From the NCBI RefSeq assembly GCF_001194135.2, contig NC_068992.1, positions 13,957,464 to 14,021,463 of the forward strand: a stretch of 64,000 nt of DNA, in the 5' to 3' direction. Positions 23,430 to 37,441 of this stretch are shown piece after piece (the first letter of the stretch is position 1; each line of letters starts with the position of its first letter). Below the pieces are notes generated by a model, which saw only the letters and a program-made list of their open reading frames with translations, was not told the DNA's origin and ran no database searches. Source of the stretch: Octopus bimaculoides (taxonomy: Eukaryota). Position numbers and translations under genes: made by a program.

Positions 23430-23765
23430 ATCTCAGAAAAAATGGGAAAGAGAAAATGGAGATAAAGTTATAGACTTGTTGCTTTTATAATGATTATTAA
23501 TATTGTTATGGCTGTTGTTGGTGGTGGTGGTGGTGCTGGTGGTGGTGGTGGTGCTGGTCGTGTTGGTGTTGTTGTTGGTGTTCTTGCTTTTATCTCTATT
23601 ATCGTTGCATTTTTCCTTAAATATAGATAAACTTCCGTTTATTCTTTTCCTTACTTATCATTTATTACCAGTAATACTAAGCCACGCAGACGCTCACATA
23701 CATACAATCACGCTTATATACACACACACGCGCATGTGTGTGCATGTACGTAAGTATATATTATG

Positions 23766-23799
<34 letters not shown>

Positions 23800-25463
23800 T
23801 GTATGTTTATGTATATGCATATGGGTGTGTATGTGCGTTTTGACAGTCTCCTTTGAGTTTCGCCCTGAGATTGTCATCAGCATTCGCTATTCTGGGGTAG
23901 ATTAACTTGTTTCTAGTATATATAGGGATGACTTTACCTTCGATGTGTGTCTGTGATAACCTAATTTATGAGGGTTTTATAAGCAGCTCATCGACCATTA
24001 TCGTCGAAAATTATGGCATGTAACTCGACCTTGTAGGACCTTTTAGTAGGTGATGTGTAGATAATGTGAAATTACGATATTTTGTGATTTTATATTAACT
24101 TTCGTTACTCTGTTTGTGTATTAAAATATGTAGGTGTTAAAAGTATATCAAGAAAAAATTTTACTCATTAAAAATAGATAATTATTGATTATTCAATTAG
24201 AGCATAACATTATTTTAAGATAAAATTTGTTTAAATTATATCTATTTGTAACAAATGTGCAGCTATTACTCTTATGTTATTTTTAGGTGCAAACAGAAGT
24301 TCTAAGTTTGAACAAAACCTTTATTTAAAACAATATTTACAATAACATCATTTTTTTCTATTATGAAGGTAAATATAATTAACTATAATAGAAATGATCC
24401 CGGGAAAAAAAACAAGTGCACTACACTGAAAAATTCGGGCGCAGAATCCTGGAAATTCCATAAAATTGAACCTGGAGAAGTAGAGAACAAGTAGTAATTA
24501 GTTTGGCAAAGTACTGGACAAGAAAGAAAACATAAAATATTGCTGCTGAAATAAAAATTTGCTAAATATATTTCTGGAATTGTTCATCAAATAGCGTGTG
24601 TACTTGTTTGGTTTTCATTTTAAATGTTATTTTTTTGTTTTTTATTGCAAATTATTTTCATTTAAGTTAATACTTTTATTTAAAAATTTCTTCGTATTAG
24701 GCTAAAACATTTCTGTCTTATTTTTAGCATCATATCATCTTTTTAATTTTATTTTCTTAAAAAAGCCATTATCCAAAACTTTCAAATCACAGATATTGTT
24801 ATAAAATTTAACTCATGTAGAATATATGTAATTCAAAAGAATGAAAAAAAGTAGCAAAATAAAACTTTTAAGAAACAAAAGAAGTCATTACTTTAAAGTT
24901 TCCACTATCAGATAACAGACTATTTTCTATTTCTAGTCAGGAGAATATTTAAAAAAATGAAAGCTAATGAACAAATTGAGTGCAAAATGTGGAAATCACT
25001 CTCTATTTAAAAAAAAAAAAAACTTGGGGTTTGTAATAAATTGTCAATTTTGTTTAATTGCAATTATGCGGATTTTAAAGTACATAGATTTCTAATATCA
25101 ATACTTTCTGTTTAAACTCGTAGGCAATTAGTCTTTTCACAAAAATTGAAAATAAATAGCTTCTCGAGTTTGTTTTTAAATTTTTATGTAAACGTTTAAA
25201 AAATATAAAATGGCATTTATTACTATTATAGTTTTTAAGTTCTAATTTCAGCAGCAATGTTTTGACTTTTTCTGTCTTCTTGTCCTGTACTTTCTAGTTA
25301 CAATACATAAGAATAGTTTAACACTTTGTGCCTGCAGCTTTCATTCTGTTATTGTTTCTTCTGCACTTTTCCAGGCTCAGTACTTAAGGCTATTCTAAGA
25401 TTCTGCGCCCAAATTTTTCATCCTAAGATACACGTATATATGTGTGTTTACACGCCCCCACAC

Positions 25464-25550
<87 letters not shown>

Positions 25551-25572
25551 CGGGCTGCGAGTGTCTGTGAAA

Positions 25573-25840
25573 CGCGTGGCTTAGTAATCGGGAAGTAGCA
25601 TTCATGATCGCTACATCATGGGTTCGAAATCCGGACCGAGCAGTGCGTTGTGTTTTTACGCAAGATGCTTCATTCCACATTACTCGGTTCACTCAGATGG
25701 AAGAGTCTTCGGATCAGGGGCAATGTTGCCCTGCTCACCCAGCCAATACTGTGGAATATATGGGAATCTAAAACAATGCAAAATGCTTATTGGGACCAGT
25801 GATGTATAAAACATCCGATAGTCTGGTGGATCACGTGATC
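25573..25840 (+). mobile_element. Family C tRNA-headed SINE
   Basis: gcgtggcttagt..GGGTTCGAAATCC..gcgttgtgtttttacgcaagatgcttcattccac..ttcactcag. Confidence 0.7.
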
Positions 25841-25854
25841 ATGTGATATGTACA

Positions 25855-25887
<33 letters not shown>

Positions 25888-26903
25888 GCTTCTCAACCTT
25901 ATAAAATAATATTTTATGCAATGCCATTCACAAAAGTCTTTTATTGTCCTGAGCATTTCAAAATTGATTTACGTTTCTCATATTGTCATTGTTAATTTAT
26001 GATTTATACTTGCTGACATCATTCTTTTTATATTTTCTTACATTCATTAGAGTTTCACTTTTTATACGCTAAAGTGAAATCATCTTAATACCTGGACGTT
26101 TTTTAATAACAGTACATTAGCCTCTAAGCTTGAATTATATATATTTTTGATGAGTAATTAATAGACTTTTGGTATCTTTCAAGAGATATTATTGTTTACA
26201 AACGTATTTAATGTAAATTATGATCTTCTAAATTGACATGAATGTTTATTGAAACGATTGAAGACAGCTTACTGCTAGAAAACGTGACGTTTAATATTAT
26301 GTTAGCATTTATTCATTAACATATTAAGTCTGACTTGCTAGAAATTGGTCATGCAAAGAAAAAACATAAATATGAGAAGGGCTATTCTCGTTTTCGGCAA
26401 TTCAATCAGGTTTCCAAAAGTATACAACGTCTCAATGAACGTTCTGCTTTACGTTGAATAGTATTTCTTATCACTATACACAGTTGAAATCTTCAAATTT
26501 ACGTACTGTATTCGTTCTTATTCTAGCCTGAAGTTCAAAATTCTGTTAAAGAGAGGATTAGAGAATTTATTGATATAATTCAGTTCTAACTGATGCAATG
26601 GTTTGCACATTGTTGATATTGCCTTGTCAATGATTATGTAATGATCTTTTTATCTTATTAAAATCATATATACCAACAGATTATCTTTCTCATCGATTAC
26701 ATTGAACTTTCATTCTTTCAAAATACAAGCGTTTTCTGCGAAACTTGTTCTTTTTAATGTAATGTGTACAGATTTATGTAATGTTTCTCAGGGGTTGGCT
26801 CAAATTAAAAGAGCTATTTCCGTGTTATCAGTTTTGTATCAGCAATAGTTTGTCTCTTTTAAAATCAAGCAATCATTAATAGGACGATCGTCACGATTTT
26901 GTT

Positions 26904-26938
<35 letters not shown>

Positions 26939-27027
26939 NNNNNNNNNNCATGTGTGTGTGTGTGTGTGTGTGTATGTGTGTGTGTGTGTGTGTGTGTGTT
27001 CGAAAAAACAAGAAACGTAAGCGAGAA

Positions 27028-27125
27028 ACATTTTGAATACAGCTTGAAACATTTTGAACATATCTCGAAACATTTTCAACATAGTATTTTTACATTTTAA
27101 ACATAGCTTAAACATTCTATTCAGC
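27028..27125. repeat. Degenerate minisatellite, about 21-bp unit x5 (GAAACATTTTGAACATAGCT-like)
   Basis: Units gaaacattttgaatacagct / gaaacattttgaacatatct / gaaacattttcaacatagt / ttacattttaaacatagct / taaacattctattcagct. Confidence 0.7.
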
Positions 27126-27489
27126 TTGGATGTAAGCAAGAGCAAATTGGTGTCAGCTTTCAGTACAGACGATTACAAAAGTACTAAAATTTGGAGAGGA
27201 ACAACACAAATGATGGGAAATAGATACGCATCTGCCGGGTTTCTGAATACCAGTTTTTCATCGCTGTTATTGCTTGAGCCAAACATCGAAACCCGTCAGA
27301 GATGGAGGTTTTGCTGGACAATAACATTGCACTGTTCTAGATTACTGGTTGCCACTCGGCAGTAATTTGTTATCTATCCGATATCAAGGAAAACTGGGGC
27401 AACGACAATAATAAAAATAGTCATAATAATAATCACCCTTTCAAATATAGGTAGAAGGTCGGTTATTTTAGGAGTTGAAAAACCTACTC

Positions 27490-27616
27490 TACGTTATCGA
27501 TCCGAGTATTTGATTGGTACGTATTTCATCGACCTCGAAAGGATGAAAAACAATGTCGAACTCGGCGGTATTTGAACGCAGAACGTAAAGAGCCGGAAGA
27601 AATGCCAGCTCACCAC

Positions 27617-27617
<1 letters not shown>
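27490..27617 (-). mobile_element. Family A SINE, partial
   Basis: atcgacctcgaaaggatgaaa..gtcgaactcggcgg.atttgaacgcagaacgtaaag is the reverse complement of the A body. Confidence 0.75.
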
Positions 27618-27686
<69 letters not shown>

Positions 27687-27690
27687 GTAA

Positions 27691-27753
<63 letters not shown>

Positions 27754-27838
27754 TGATGATGATGATGATGATGATAAGAAGGGGGGAGAAGAAGAAGAAG
27801 AAGAAGAAGAAGAAGAAGAAGAAGAAGAAGAAGAAGAA
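27618..27838. repeat. Compound trinucleotide microsatellite (AAT)n-(GAT)n-(GAA)n
   Basis: Directly visible; explains the poly-N/D/E ORFs. Confidence 0.95.
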
Positions 27839-29554
27839 TTTGCTTTATCCAACAACAGAATCTAATGCGTTGGTCAGACAGACGAGGAGACAAAAAAAAA
27901 CAATAAAGTATGAGGTAAGAAATATTCGTCAAAATGAAGAATGTGCGAACACATGGGTGGTAGGGAATATGGGAACATGCCACACACAAATGATTGTGCA
28001 GAGACATTGAAAGCAAATTTTTGGTTATTCTTCTAGTCCCAGCCTTATGTCCCACCTAATGTAGGCTTAAATATCTGCATCTATTTGGGCGCTCTCACAT
28101 ACCACATAAATTGACGTAATACAATATTAAACATATTTATAATCAATATCATTACAAAACACTTTATTACCACAACCTGTAAAGATGCCTCTAAATGCTT
28201 TGCGATATTTAATCATACGCCTGTTCTTCGTGCTCTGAGCTTATCTTTTACTGTCGTAAGACCCCTTCTGAGGTCCATAAAATAAAGTATCAGACAAATA
28301 TTAGAACTGATTGATCCGGTTGTATGTTGCTCTAAAATTAAGGGTTATATCTGAGAAAATTAGCAATCGTTATTATTATGCAAAAACAAGAAATAGAAGC
28401 AATCCTCAAGAATCATTAAGCAAGGTATACAATATATTTTATGCATATTTATAACCTTTTGACATTGTAGGAAATATTCGTAAGGGGATCACGCATGCCT
28501 CTGTTAAAGGCGCCAAGTTTTTAGACTTATGCGGAACATGACTGCTAAAAATTTACATATTGATAATTTCATGCATGTATTTAACGTTTTTGTGGCAAAT
28601 ATATTTATGAAATTCAATGCTAATTATGAAAGCATAGTTTTAAAATATCACGAAGTCGTTTAAATATATATCGGTATGCGGTTTTCTAGAAAATGTACGA
28701 AATTGAAGAAATATAGATTGATGTAGTATAACACGAAGGAAATAATCAAGTAAGCAGTAAAGTATGAATATAGTAAAATATTAAAAGGCATATAAGGGGG
28801 GAAAAAAAGACATTTCGTTTCTAATGTAATGTACAAATGTAATTTTGAGGAACAAATTTGTTAATCTTGCTCTAAATTTATTCAGCTGGCAAAATATTTG
28901 GATTCACTTCAAAAGTTTGATTAAGCATTTGCTATAACATGAATTTTAATCATGTAAACCGAAGATAAATTAATCATATTTTTTTTATAAACATATAATC
29001 TATGATTTCTTCCTAAAATGACTTACTGTTAGTATTGAGAATTCTAACTTCATTACAGCATAGCTTCATGAATATATATTTTCAGTTAGTTAATGCCATT
29101 GCAAACATTTTCCCTTTAAGAAGTATTGTATCACGAACCGATTTAAATTTCTGTTGAAGGCGATTTCTGTTGAAGTCCTGGAAATATTAGCTGTGGTCCC
29201 TTATGTCGCTATTCAATTATATACCTTTATAATCACAGCTTAGTCTCAGGCTGACGTTTACTTTCGCTTTCAAATTTCACCATTCCATAAGATGGAAACT
29301 AATGGTGTTATTTTTCTCCCCAGTATCATGTAACCTTGCACAATGCAAGGACTAATATCAACATTAGAAGTGTGGTTAATTGCAGATTCGTTAAAGCATG
29401 AAAGAGGATAAATTTCATAGCGTGGAAGATATTATCATTATTAAATTAAATAAAACAGAAGTAGTAATGTAATGGTTTGTTGCCAACTTTATGTGGCAGT
29501 CCCAGGAAAGGGAAGAATACTGCTGATATTTAGCACCATGAAATATATATTAAC

Positions 29555-29619
29555 CAGTAAAATCCGCGATGTACTGAGGGCGTGATAGATGAACCGCGAT
29601 ATGGCGAGTGATTACTGTA
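29555..29619 (-). mobile_element. Tigger/pogo-like terminal fragment
   Basis: Minus strand TA|CAGTAATCACTCGCCATATCGCGGTTCATCTATC..ATCGCGGATTTT resembles pogo-type termini. Confidence 0.5.
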
Positions 29620-30340
29620 TATCAATAAATAAGGCGCTGAAGCAGTAGTTGCTCTTAAAAAACTGAATCCACATCGTTGAACGGTGTAGATCCACCAATC
29701 CACCATTGTAGAAAGGTTTATGCCTTATGTATTACTACATCGCGTTTTTCAACTGCACCACAGCACTACAAGGAAGAATTGAAAACAGCTAAATAATAAG
29801 GAAAAATTTCGGTGTTTTTCGCGGCGCGCTATAGATATATCCCATCTCCCATATCACACTCTCTGTCTTACAAAGGAAATAACACTTAGCATATTGTAGT
29901 AGTAAAATAAGTATCTCTGAAAAGACGAGAAATGCGAATTCATTTTTATATGCTACGTAGGTTAAGTAATTTCTTTTTCGGCCTCTGTATCTTCAGCTAT
30001 GAATCTGCCATAATTGCTTGCTCAATAAATTATATTTTCTCGGAAATATTTTAATTTACTGATTGTTATTTTGCGTTATACAGCATTAATTATTTCCGAT
30101 GTATTCTGAATGTTAATGTTCTGTTAAACTACCGTTAGCTTAATTGCATTTTCTCCATTTATTTTCGTTTATTTGTTTCTCAGCCGCTTTGTCAATCGTT
30201 CTCAAAAAGTATTATGTGTTAAAACATATTATTATCCTTTACTCCATTCTCTGAAAAAAAACGATGTAATATTCGCTGAACCAAGTTGAAGGGAATGGCC
30301 AAAAGCTTAGTTAAATACTAATAGAAGTTATAAAGCAATA

Positions 30341-30505
30341 GGGTGGTGAACTGGCTGAATAGACAGTACTCCAGACAAAAAGCTTGGCGGTATTTCTTTT
30401 GGCTTTAATTCTGTTTTCAAATTCCTCCGAGGTCCACTGTCCTTTTCTTGGTTTACTTGCTCTCTACCCCAAATTTCAGGCCTCATGCCTATAGAAGAAA
30501 GAAAA
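30341..30505 (+). mobile_element. Family A SINE, decayed with internal deletion
   Basis: ggtggtgaactggc..gcttggcggtatttc..ttcaaattcctccgaggtc..aaatttcaggcctcatgcctatagaagaaag. Confidence 0.6.
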
Positions 30506-31228
30506 AATATGAAACAATATTTATGAACTTACAGCATATTTCGGCTGCCTGAACAAAACCTTTCTGTAGATAATCATTTTTTACCCAAGCTTTTCTATAG
30601 TATTTATACAAAATGCTTATTGATTTACATTAGTTGTAAGAGCAGTGTTATGCATTGAAATAAACCAGATTACTCTAATCTTTTTGCTTCTTCTACCACG
30701 TGGGTTGTCTTCCGTGTATACTTGCATCTTATATAAGATTATATAAGTTTTTTTTAAACTCTCTAACGTACAGTTATTCTATTTTGTCTCTCATCTCTGA
30801 AATAGTGGACAATTTATTTAATATATAACACAAACTTGAGATTTTTCTCTCCTCTATATAAGACACTTATTGCATGTCTCCTCAAATATATGCAAAACCG
30901 ATCATAACGTTCACCGAAATGTTTTTAGTTGCAGCAGATTGTTACATTTTAGTCAAGATATGTTCAGATGCTAGGAGGCTTTTCTGTGTCTAGTGATATA
31001 GAATGCATAAAGCAATGGCTTACTTGTCCAATATCAGCTTAACTGAAATCTAGTTACTTCTTACATAAATTGGAAGCCAAAAGTCTACAAACATCGACCA
31101 GGAATTAGCAACGGGGGAAATATATATTTCTTACTTTTGTGTCTGCGTGTGTACGTGTATGTGTGACTGCATGATTGTGTTTCTTTTTTTCTTTCATTCT
31201 TTTTTGCCTTTCTCTCCTTCTCTGTATA

Positions 31229-31310
<82 letters not shown>

Positions 31311-32575
31311 CGTGCGTGTTTATGTGTTTGCGTGCGTCTGTGTTTGTACGTAAGTGCTTTTAACCAAGTTGTAAGTAAAACTGAATCTGAATCTCAGCAA
31401 AATTGAAGATGCACAGAAAGAATTTCTAATATTCATACTTGACTATATTTACATGTTATAGGCTGTTAGTATATGCATATCCAGCAACACAAATACAGCA
31501 ATGTGACAGTGTTACCAATTAGAATAGTGTAGGGAGATATCATAGTAGGACATCGGATTCAGTTAGCAACTATGTTCTTATATAGAGGGAGTACATATAT
31601 ATATACAGGGAGTATATATATATATATATATATACATTACTGTTCCATTCCGAAATATATCCATTACTAGCGATGAAATAACGGAGGGAAAGAGTTTCAC
31701 GGTTAATCCTGAACAATAGTTGTGAAATTATAGTATTATTATTCCTCATGTTTGCTTTAGATGCCATATGTATATTACTAACATACTCAATAATCACTGA
31801 AAGATGAACATACTGTATTAGAATTGCAAATAAACCGCAGGTGAAATTACCATCAAAGATATTAATCCGATAGTATAATATACTAAACAAATGTAAAACG
31901 TTGTTTACAATTAAAAGAGCGAGCAATTCCAATTTGGGAGATGATATGTATGAAAACTTCCAATGTAGCATGTAGTATCGTTAGAAATACAGGTTACTGA
32001 TAGCACATGAGTGTTTAGATAACGTTATTACCGAATGCGAAAGGAATACGTTTTCACACTACATACATATTTGTGAGTAACACTCTACCACCTAACGAAG
32101 TTTACTACAATATGAATATTTAATATATGGAAAAAGATAACCCTCCTCAAGAAATGATTTTAGCGTCTAGCAGATTAGAATATATTTTCAGCCACACAGA
32201 TTTTAAAATACTTAAAAGGATAAATAATTAAAATACAGATGATAAACAGAATCTTAGACCCAAACGATAAGCAATCAGATGAATAACTTTAAAACGTTTG
32301 GAATTTAAATCTCGAAATTGAAACAAGCGCAAAGAAAACGGCAGAAATGAAATAAAACCTCATCTTTTTTAGCGAGTCCTGACCAACGTAACCGGAATCG
32401 CAACCTCAAAAAATTTGAATACGAGTTAATAGCAGAAATATTCGTCTGTTAAAATATGAGCGATGAAAATTTAGGATATGAAAATAGCATCACAGAAACA
32501 GAAGACCTTAACGATCAACGGAAAGAGATCTCATTCGGAATAAAAAAAATATAAAAAATAGTAATATAAATGTAG

Positions 32576-32694
32576 CAATAATAATAATAACAATAACGAA
32601 GAAGAAGAAGAAGAAGAAGAAGAAGAAGAAGAAGAAGAAGAAGAAGAAAAAGAAGAAGAAGAAGAAAAAGAAGAAGAAGAAGAAGAAGAACAAG

Positions 32695-32729
<35 letters not shown>

Positions 32730-32890
32730 GAAGAAAAAGAAGAAGAAGAAGAAGAAGAAGAAGAAGAAGAAGAAGAAGAAGAAGAAGAAGAAGAAAAGAA
32801 GAAGAAGAAGAAAAAGAAGAAGAAGAAGAAGGAGAAGGAGAAGAAGAAGAAGAAGAAGAAGAAGAAGAAGAAGAAGAAGAAGAAGAAGAA
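32576..32890. repeat. Compound microsatellite (AAT)n-(GAA)n-(CAA)n-(GAA)n
   Basis: Directly visible. Confidence 0.95.
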
Positions 32891-34019
32891 TTATAAGGAT
32901 AATAATCCCGAAAGTTGAACATAATAGACGCACAAAAACATATTCGAGCAAAAATATGACTAAAAGAACTTCAGTAGTCATATTGTAATGTATAGAATTC
33001 TTCAAAATGCCTCATTTAAGAAAGCGAACAAAGAGGAAACAAATGACATTGGAAATACTCCCAATACTTAATGAGATCGACAGCAGACAAGTAGAAATAA
33101 ATAGAAGATAACTAGACAACTACGACAGAAACGCAATAGACTAATAAAAAGATAAGCACTCAAATGAAAGATTACCTACAACGATATATCTTCTTTAAAT
33201 CGTAGAAAAAAATCATACATCATGGTAAAGTGACAATAATTATGTGAATACAATATACAGGTTATCAGTAAATGAAAATAATTTTACGTAGACCGTTGCT
33301 TTAAAAGGAAAGCTGAAATGAATGCAGTGTCAAGAGATACTGGAGATTTGAATAAGTGGGTATTTGAAATAGATGGTAAGCCACGGGCAAGGATGTGAAA
33401 AAGTATAATTGCAATAGAACCAATTTTTTTTTTTTAATAATACCAAATAATAATCAAAATACACAAGATGAACTGTAAAGATACCAAAAAGATGAAGGTT
33501 TTTAGTATTTTTGATTCAATATTTAAAAGATATTGTTGTTTGCTTTGTCTTTTTTAAAATTCTGCGTATGATGGCACTATTTTCCGTTGAACAGTCATTC
33601 ATCCGGTTGGCTTATTTGGAAGCTTGTATACTCTGTGATTGTCCTTTTTTCGTTCCTTCCACTTGCGAACAGTGATGTCCTTTTGCATACTTTCACGTGA
33701 CACATATCCCGACATCTTATTTGTTGAGATACTTGTTTACAAAAACACATACAAAAAGAACAACAAAAAGTAATCATGAAGTGCATTTGAGATTTTGATC
33801 AAAATATAAGAGCATCCTTATTATACGGAAATAACTGGATAGCAAATAATCAAACAATTTTAAATAAAACCTGAGAAAAAAAAACAAAACAAACCAGAAT
33901 GATAAACATTCTAAAGTTAACATCTCGCCAGCAATATAAACAATGCAAACACCAACAACAACAACAACACAACAATAATAAAACGAACAACAATACGCAG
34001 AATAATAGCGATAATATAG

Positions 34020-34175
34020 TATAGTTTTGTCAGCCAGGAGATGATCCTTGGTACTTCTGTATTTACACTTGCAGCCCTTCTGCTCATGTGGCAGGTCTCC
34101 AGTTTCTCCCACATGTCCGTACATTGACTCTGCGACTATACCAGTCAATAATTTCTACATGTGACATGCAGGAAA
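34020..34175 (-). pseudogene. R4/Dong-type non-LTR retrotransposon RT fragment
   Basis: [47 protein letters not shown] matches the WKLLTGII..LP.EQKGC....GTKDQLL.DK.IL motif. Confidence 0.75.
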
Positions 34176-34369
34176 GAGAGGAAGAGAGAGGTAAAAACTT
34201 CGTTGTGGATTATTGAACACTTACTGTCTGTCTGTCTGCCTCTCTCTCTCTAGGTATCTGTTTGTGTATATGTGTGTATGTATGCGTGGCTCGCTGGATC
34301 TCTCTCGATATATCAGCAAATCACAAAATCGCACCAACTAGCATCACCACTACCGCCAAGCTCATCATG

Positions 34370-34406
<37 letters not shown>

Positions 34407-34614
34407 NNNNNNNNNNNNNNNNNNNNNNNNNNNNNNNNNNNNNNNNNNNNNNNNNNNNNNNNNNNNNNNNNNNNNNNNNNNNNNNNNNNNNNNNNNNNNN
34501 NNNNNNNNNNNNNNNNNNNNNNNNNNNNNNNNNNNNNNNNNNNNNNNNNNNNNNNNNNNNNNNNNNNNNNNNNNNNNNNNNNNNNNNNNNNNNNNNNNNN
34601 NNNNNNNNNNNNNN

Positions 34615-34790
34615 GATGTTAGTGCGTTTGCATCTCTGTAATTTAGCTGCTCAGCAGAAGAGACTGATTGAATAAGCACCAGGCTTACAGGGAATAAGTA
34701 CAGGGGTCAATTTCTTCGACTAAAGGGTGATGATCAAGCATGACCACCGTCAAATGACTGAAACAAGTAAAAAGAAAATTAAAAGAATAC
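34615..34790 (+). mobile_element. Family B SINE, 3' half after a gap
   Basis: aggcttacagggaataagtacaggggtcaatttcttcgactaaagg..gtcaaatgactgaaacaagtaaaaaga. Confidence 0.8.
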
Positions 34791-35026
34791 GAGAAAGACG
34801 TTCCGCACCACTAAACCAAGAAGGTTCTTTGAATATGCACGATGTATTTTAAGGTTAAATAGTAATTCCGTTTAAGTTTGTGTGAACTGAGATATTTTGG
34901 TTGGATTATATAGCCATTGGTATTACATTACTTTCTAAATTCTGTAACTGTCACAGTACACTTTTCTAGGCCTGAAATTATTTGTGGGGAGGGGGCCAGT
35001 TGATTAGATCGATTCCAGTACACAAC

Positions 35027-35340
<314 letters not shown>

Positions 35341-35586
35341 AACAAGTCACAATTTAATGATATACTGCTGACTAGCAAACATAATTACGAAGAGCGAAGT
35401 AACGGCTGGTATTGCTAGTTTAAATATAATTGGCTATTGCAATATCTTGTAGCAGAATTTATAGAGATTTTATACTTCATGGTGAATCTTCTGTCATAAT
35501 AAATGATGCTTTAGTGCTTTGAGCTTTCATTGAAGTGAACTCAAAAGTGAAAGATTACTTTTAATGTGCGTGCATTTGTGTGTGTG

Positions 35587-35618
<32 letters not shown>

Positions 35619-36611
35619 AGTGATCGATTTTGAAACAAATTTCTTAATGCTTTCACATGACTTAAGCGAAAGATATAATATACTGCAGACTCTGTTCGCA
35701 GATGCAAAGTTCGGAATGTGCTTGCGTTTTAATATATACCATATATCATATCTGTTAATTTATTCCCATTCTAAGCAATATGCATATTTTGTGTGTGTGT
35801 GTGTGTGTGTGCGTGTGTGTGTATGCATCTATGTATATACATTTAAATACTTTAATCTGGTTTAACTAGTAACTTTCCCTTTTTGGTGATAACCGCTGTT
35901 TTGTATTTTTCCAAACGTGTGTTTGCGTGGGCGCTTGCTCATATGTGCTGCGCATGCGCGCTTCTGTGTGTGTGTGTATGTGTGTAGGGGTGTGCGTGAA
36001 TTCAGAACAAAAATGATCTGCTGCTTGTAATCATATAAAAACAATACTGATTGGGCATCTCTTGCAAACCCTTTATCTACCCGCCTCGTGTCTGATTCTG
36101 GTATGTGTAGGATCGTTGAACACGCTGACGTTGCATAAAATATCTCGGTCTGCAAGGGTCGTTGAACTGAAAAAGGAGTCAACACTCACCGTGGAAATGT
36201 ATGATTGAAGGGGGCTAGAAACCTCTCCAGTCTTGCATCGCTTCTGAGAGGAAAAAAACAAGGTGTTGTGTCTTCAATGCTCATCGAACCGAAAGCTCAG
36301 CAGACTTTTGTTATTTTGACTGTTGTTATTGTTGTGGACATTATTGCTGTTATTGGGTCTGAAACTATGTCGACATGCACACACTCTCTAACACATCGTC
36401 TTTCTCACCCCTCTCTTCCCCTCTCTGTCTCTGCCTTTCCTTGTTGCGCAGGCCCCTATTTAAACAAATTCGTTTTTATACCGTTAAAAACCTTGTGTGT
36501 TACGTTGATCTTTTCACCCAAAATGCCTGGTGGCTTTCTGGACCAATATACATTCTATGTTTGCAGTGATTTTTCTGTGTTCCCGAATTATTGCTTATCA
36601 CGTTTGCTCAC

Positions 36612-36951
36612 TTCTACGGTTCCGAGTTCAGACCACTGCGTGGCAATTTGGGCAAGTGTTCTCTACTATAGCTTCGGGCCGACCAAAGCCTTGTGAGCGG
36701 ATTTGGTAGATGGAAACTGAAAGAACCCCGTTGTATATATGTGTGTGTATATATATATTGAACACTATTGACTGAACACTATTCAATTTTTTTTCTCCGT
36801 GTTTTTCTCCTTGTCTCCGTATTCTTTCTGTTGAAGAGCGTAGCTCGAAACGTTAAAGACTTTCCGTATTCCCGAGCATCATACTAATACATCCTTTTGT
36901 TGTTTACACCACCTATCCTCGTCTGTTATTGTTTTTTCGTACATTCTCCCC

Positions 36952-37017
<66 letters not shown>

Positions 37018-37222
37018 NNNNNNNNNNTTGTGTGTCTGTGTTTGTCCCCCAACATCGCTTGACAACCGATGCTGGTGTGTTTACGTCCCCCGTAACTTAG
37101 CGGTTCGGCAAAAGAGACAGTTAGAATAAGTACTAGGCTTACAAAGGATAAATCCTGGGGTCGATTTCTTCGACTAAAGGTGGTGCTCCAGCATGGCCGC
37201 AGTCAAATGACTGAAACAAGTA
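36612..37222 (+). mobile_element. Family B SINE with a family D element inside its internal microsatellite
   Basis: B 5' half 36612-36735, D 36760-36949, (CA)n(TA)n, B 3' half 37030-37222. Confidence 0.9.
36823..36859 (+). ncRNA. Minimal type-I hammerhead ribozyme, family D
   Basis: UCUUU-CUGUUGA-A-GAGC(GUA)GCUC-GAAACGUU-AAAGA; predicted cleavage after 36854. Confidence 0.7.
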
Positions 37223-37286
37223 AAAGAGTAAAAGAGTAGTAGTATGAGTAGTAGTACTATTAATAGTTGTAGTAGTAGGAGTATTG

Positions 37287-37441
37287 CATTGCCAAATTTG
37301 GTAGACGGAGAGCGACAGTCACAAATATAGGTCAGCAACATTACCATATTGACATGGAGAGTATCTGACCTAAATACAATGCCATTATGGTAACGCTGCT
37401 GACCTGTGCTTGTGACTGTTCCTCTCGCAAATTTGGCAATG
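37287..37441. repeat. Imperfect long inverted repeat (MITE-like hairpin)
   Basis: Arms 37287-37348 and 37386-37441, including a perfect terminal CATTGCCAAATTTG/CAAATTTGGCAATG. Confidence 0.75.

Noticed and set aside
27028-27125. Short repeat array considered as CRISPR-like
   Set aside because: The units are contiguous and degenerate with no unique spacers, in eukaryotic DNA; it is a minisatellite.
27850-28400. Possible R4/Dong 3' region (W..G, RH, MLCD, KY..L-like motifs)
   Set aside because: Many stops and frameshifts; the matches could be chance. Needs TBLASTN.
31640-33540. Purine-rich, A-biased stretch resembling decayed LINE coding sequence
   Set aside because: No recognisable conserved motif in any frame I translated.
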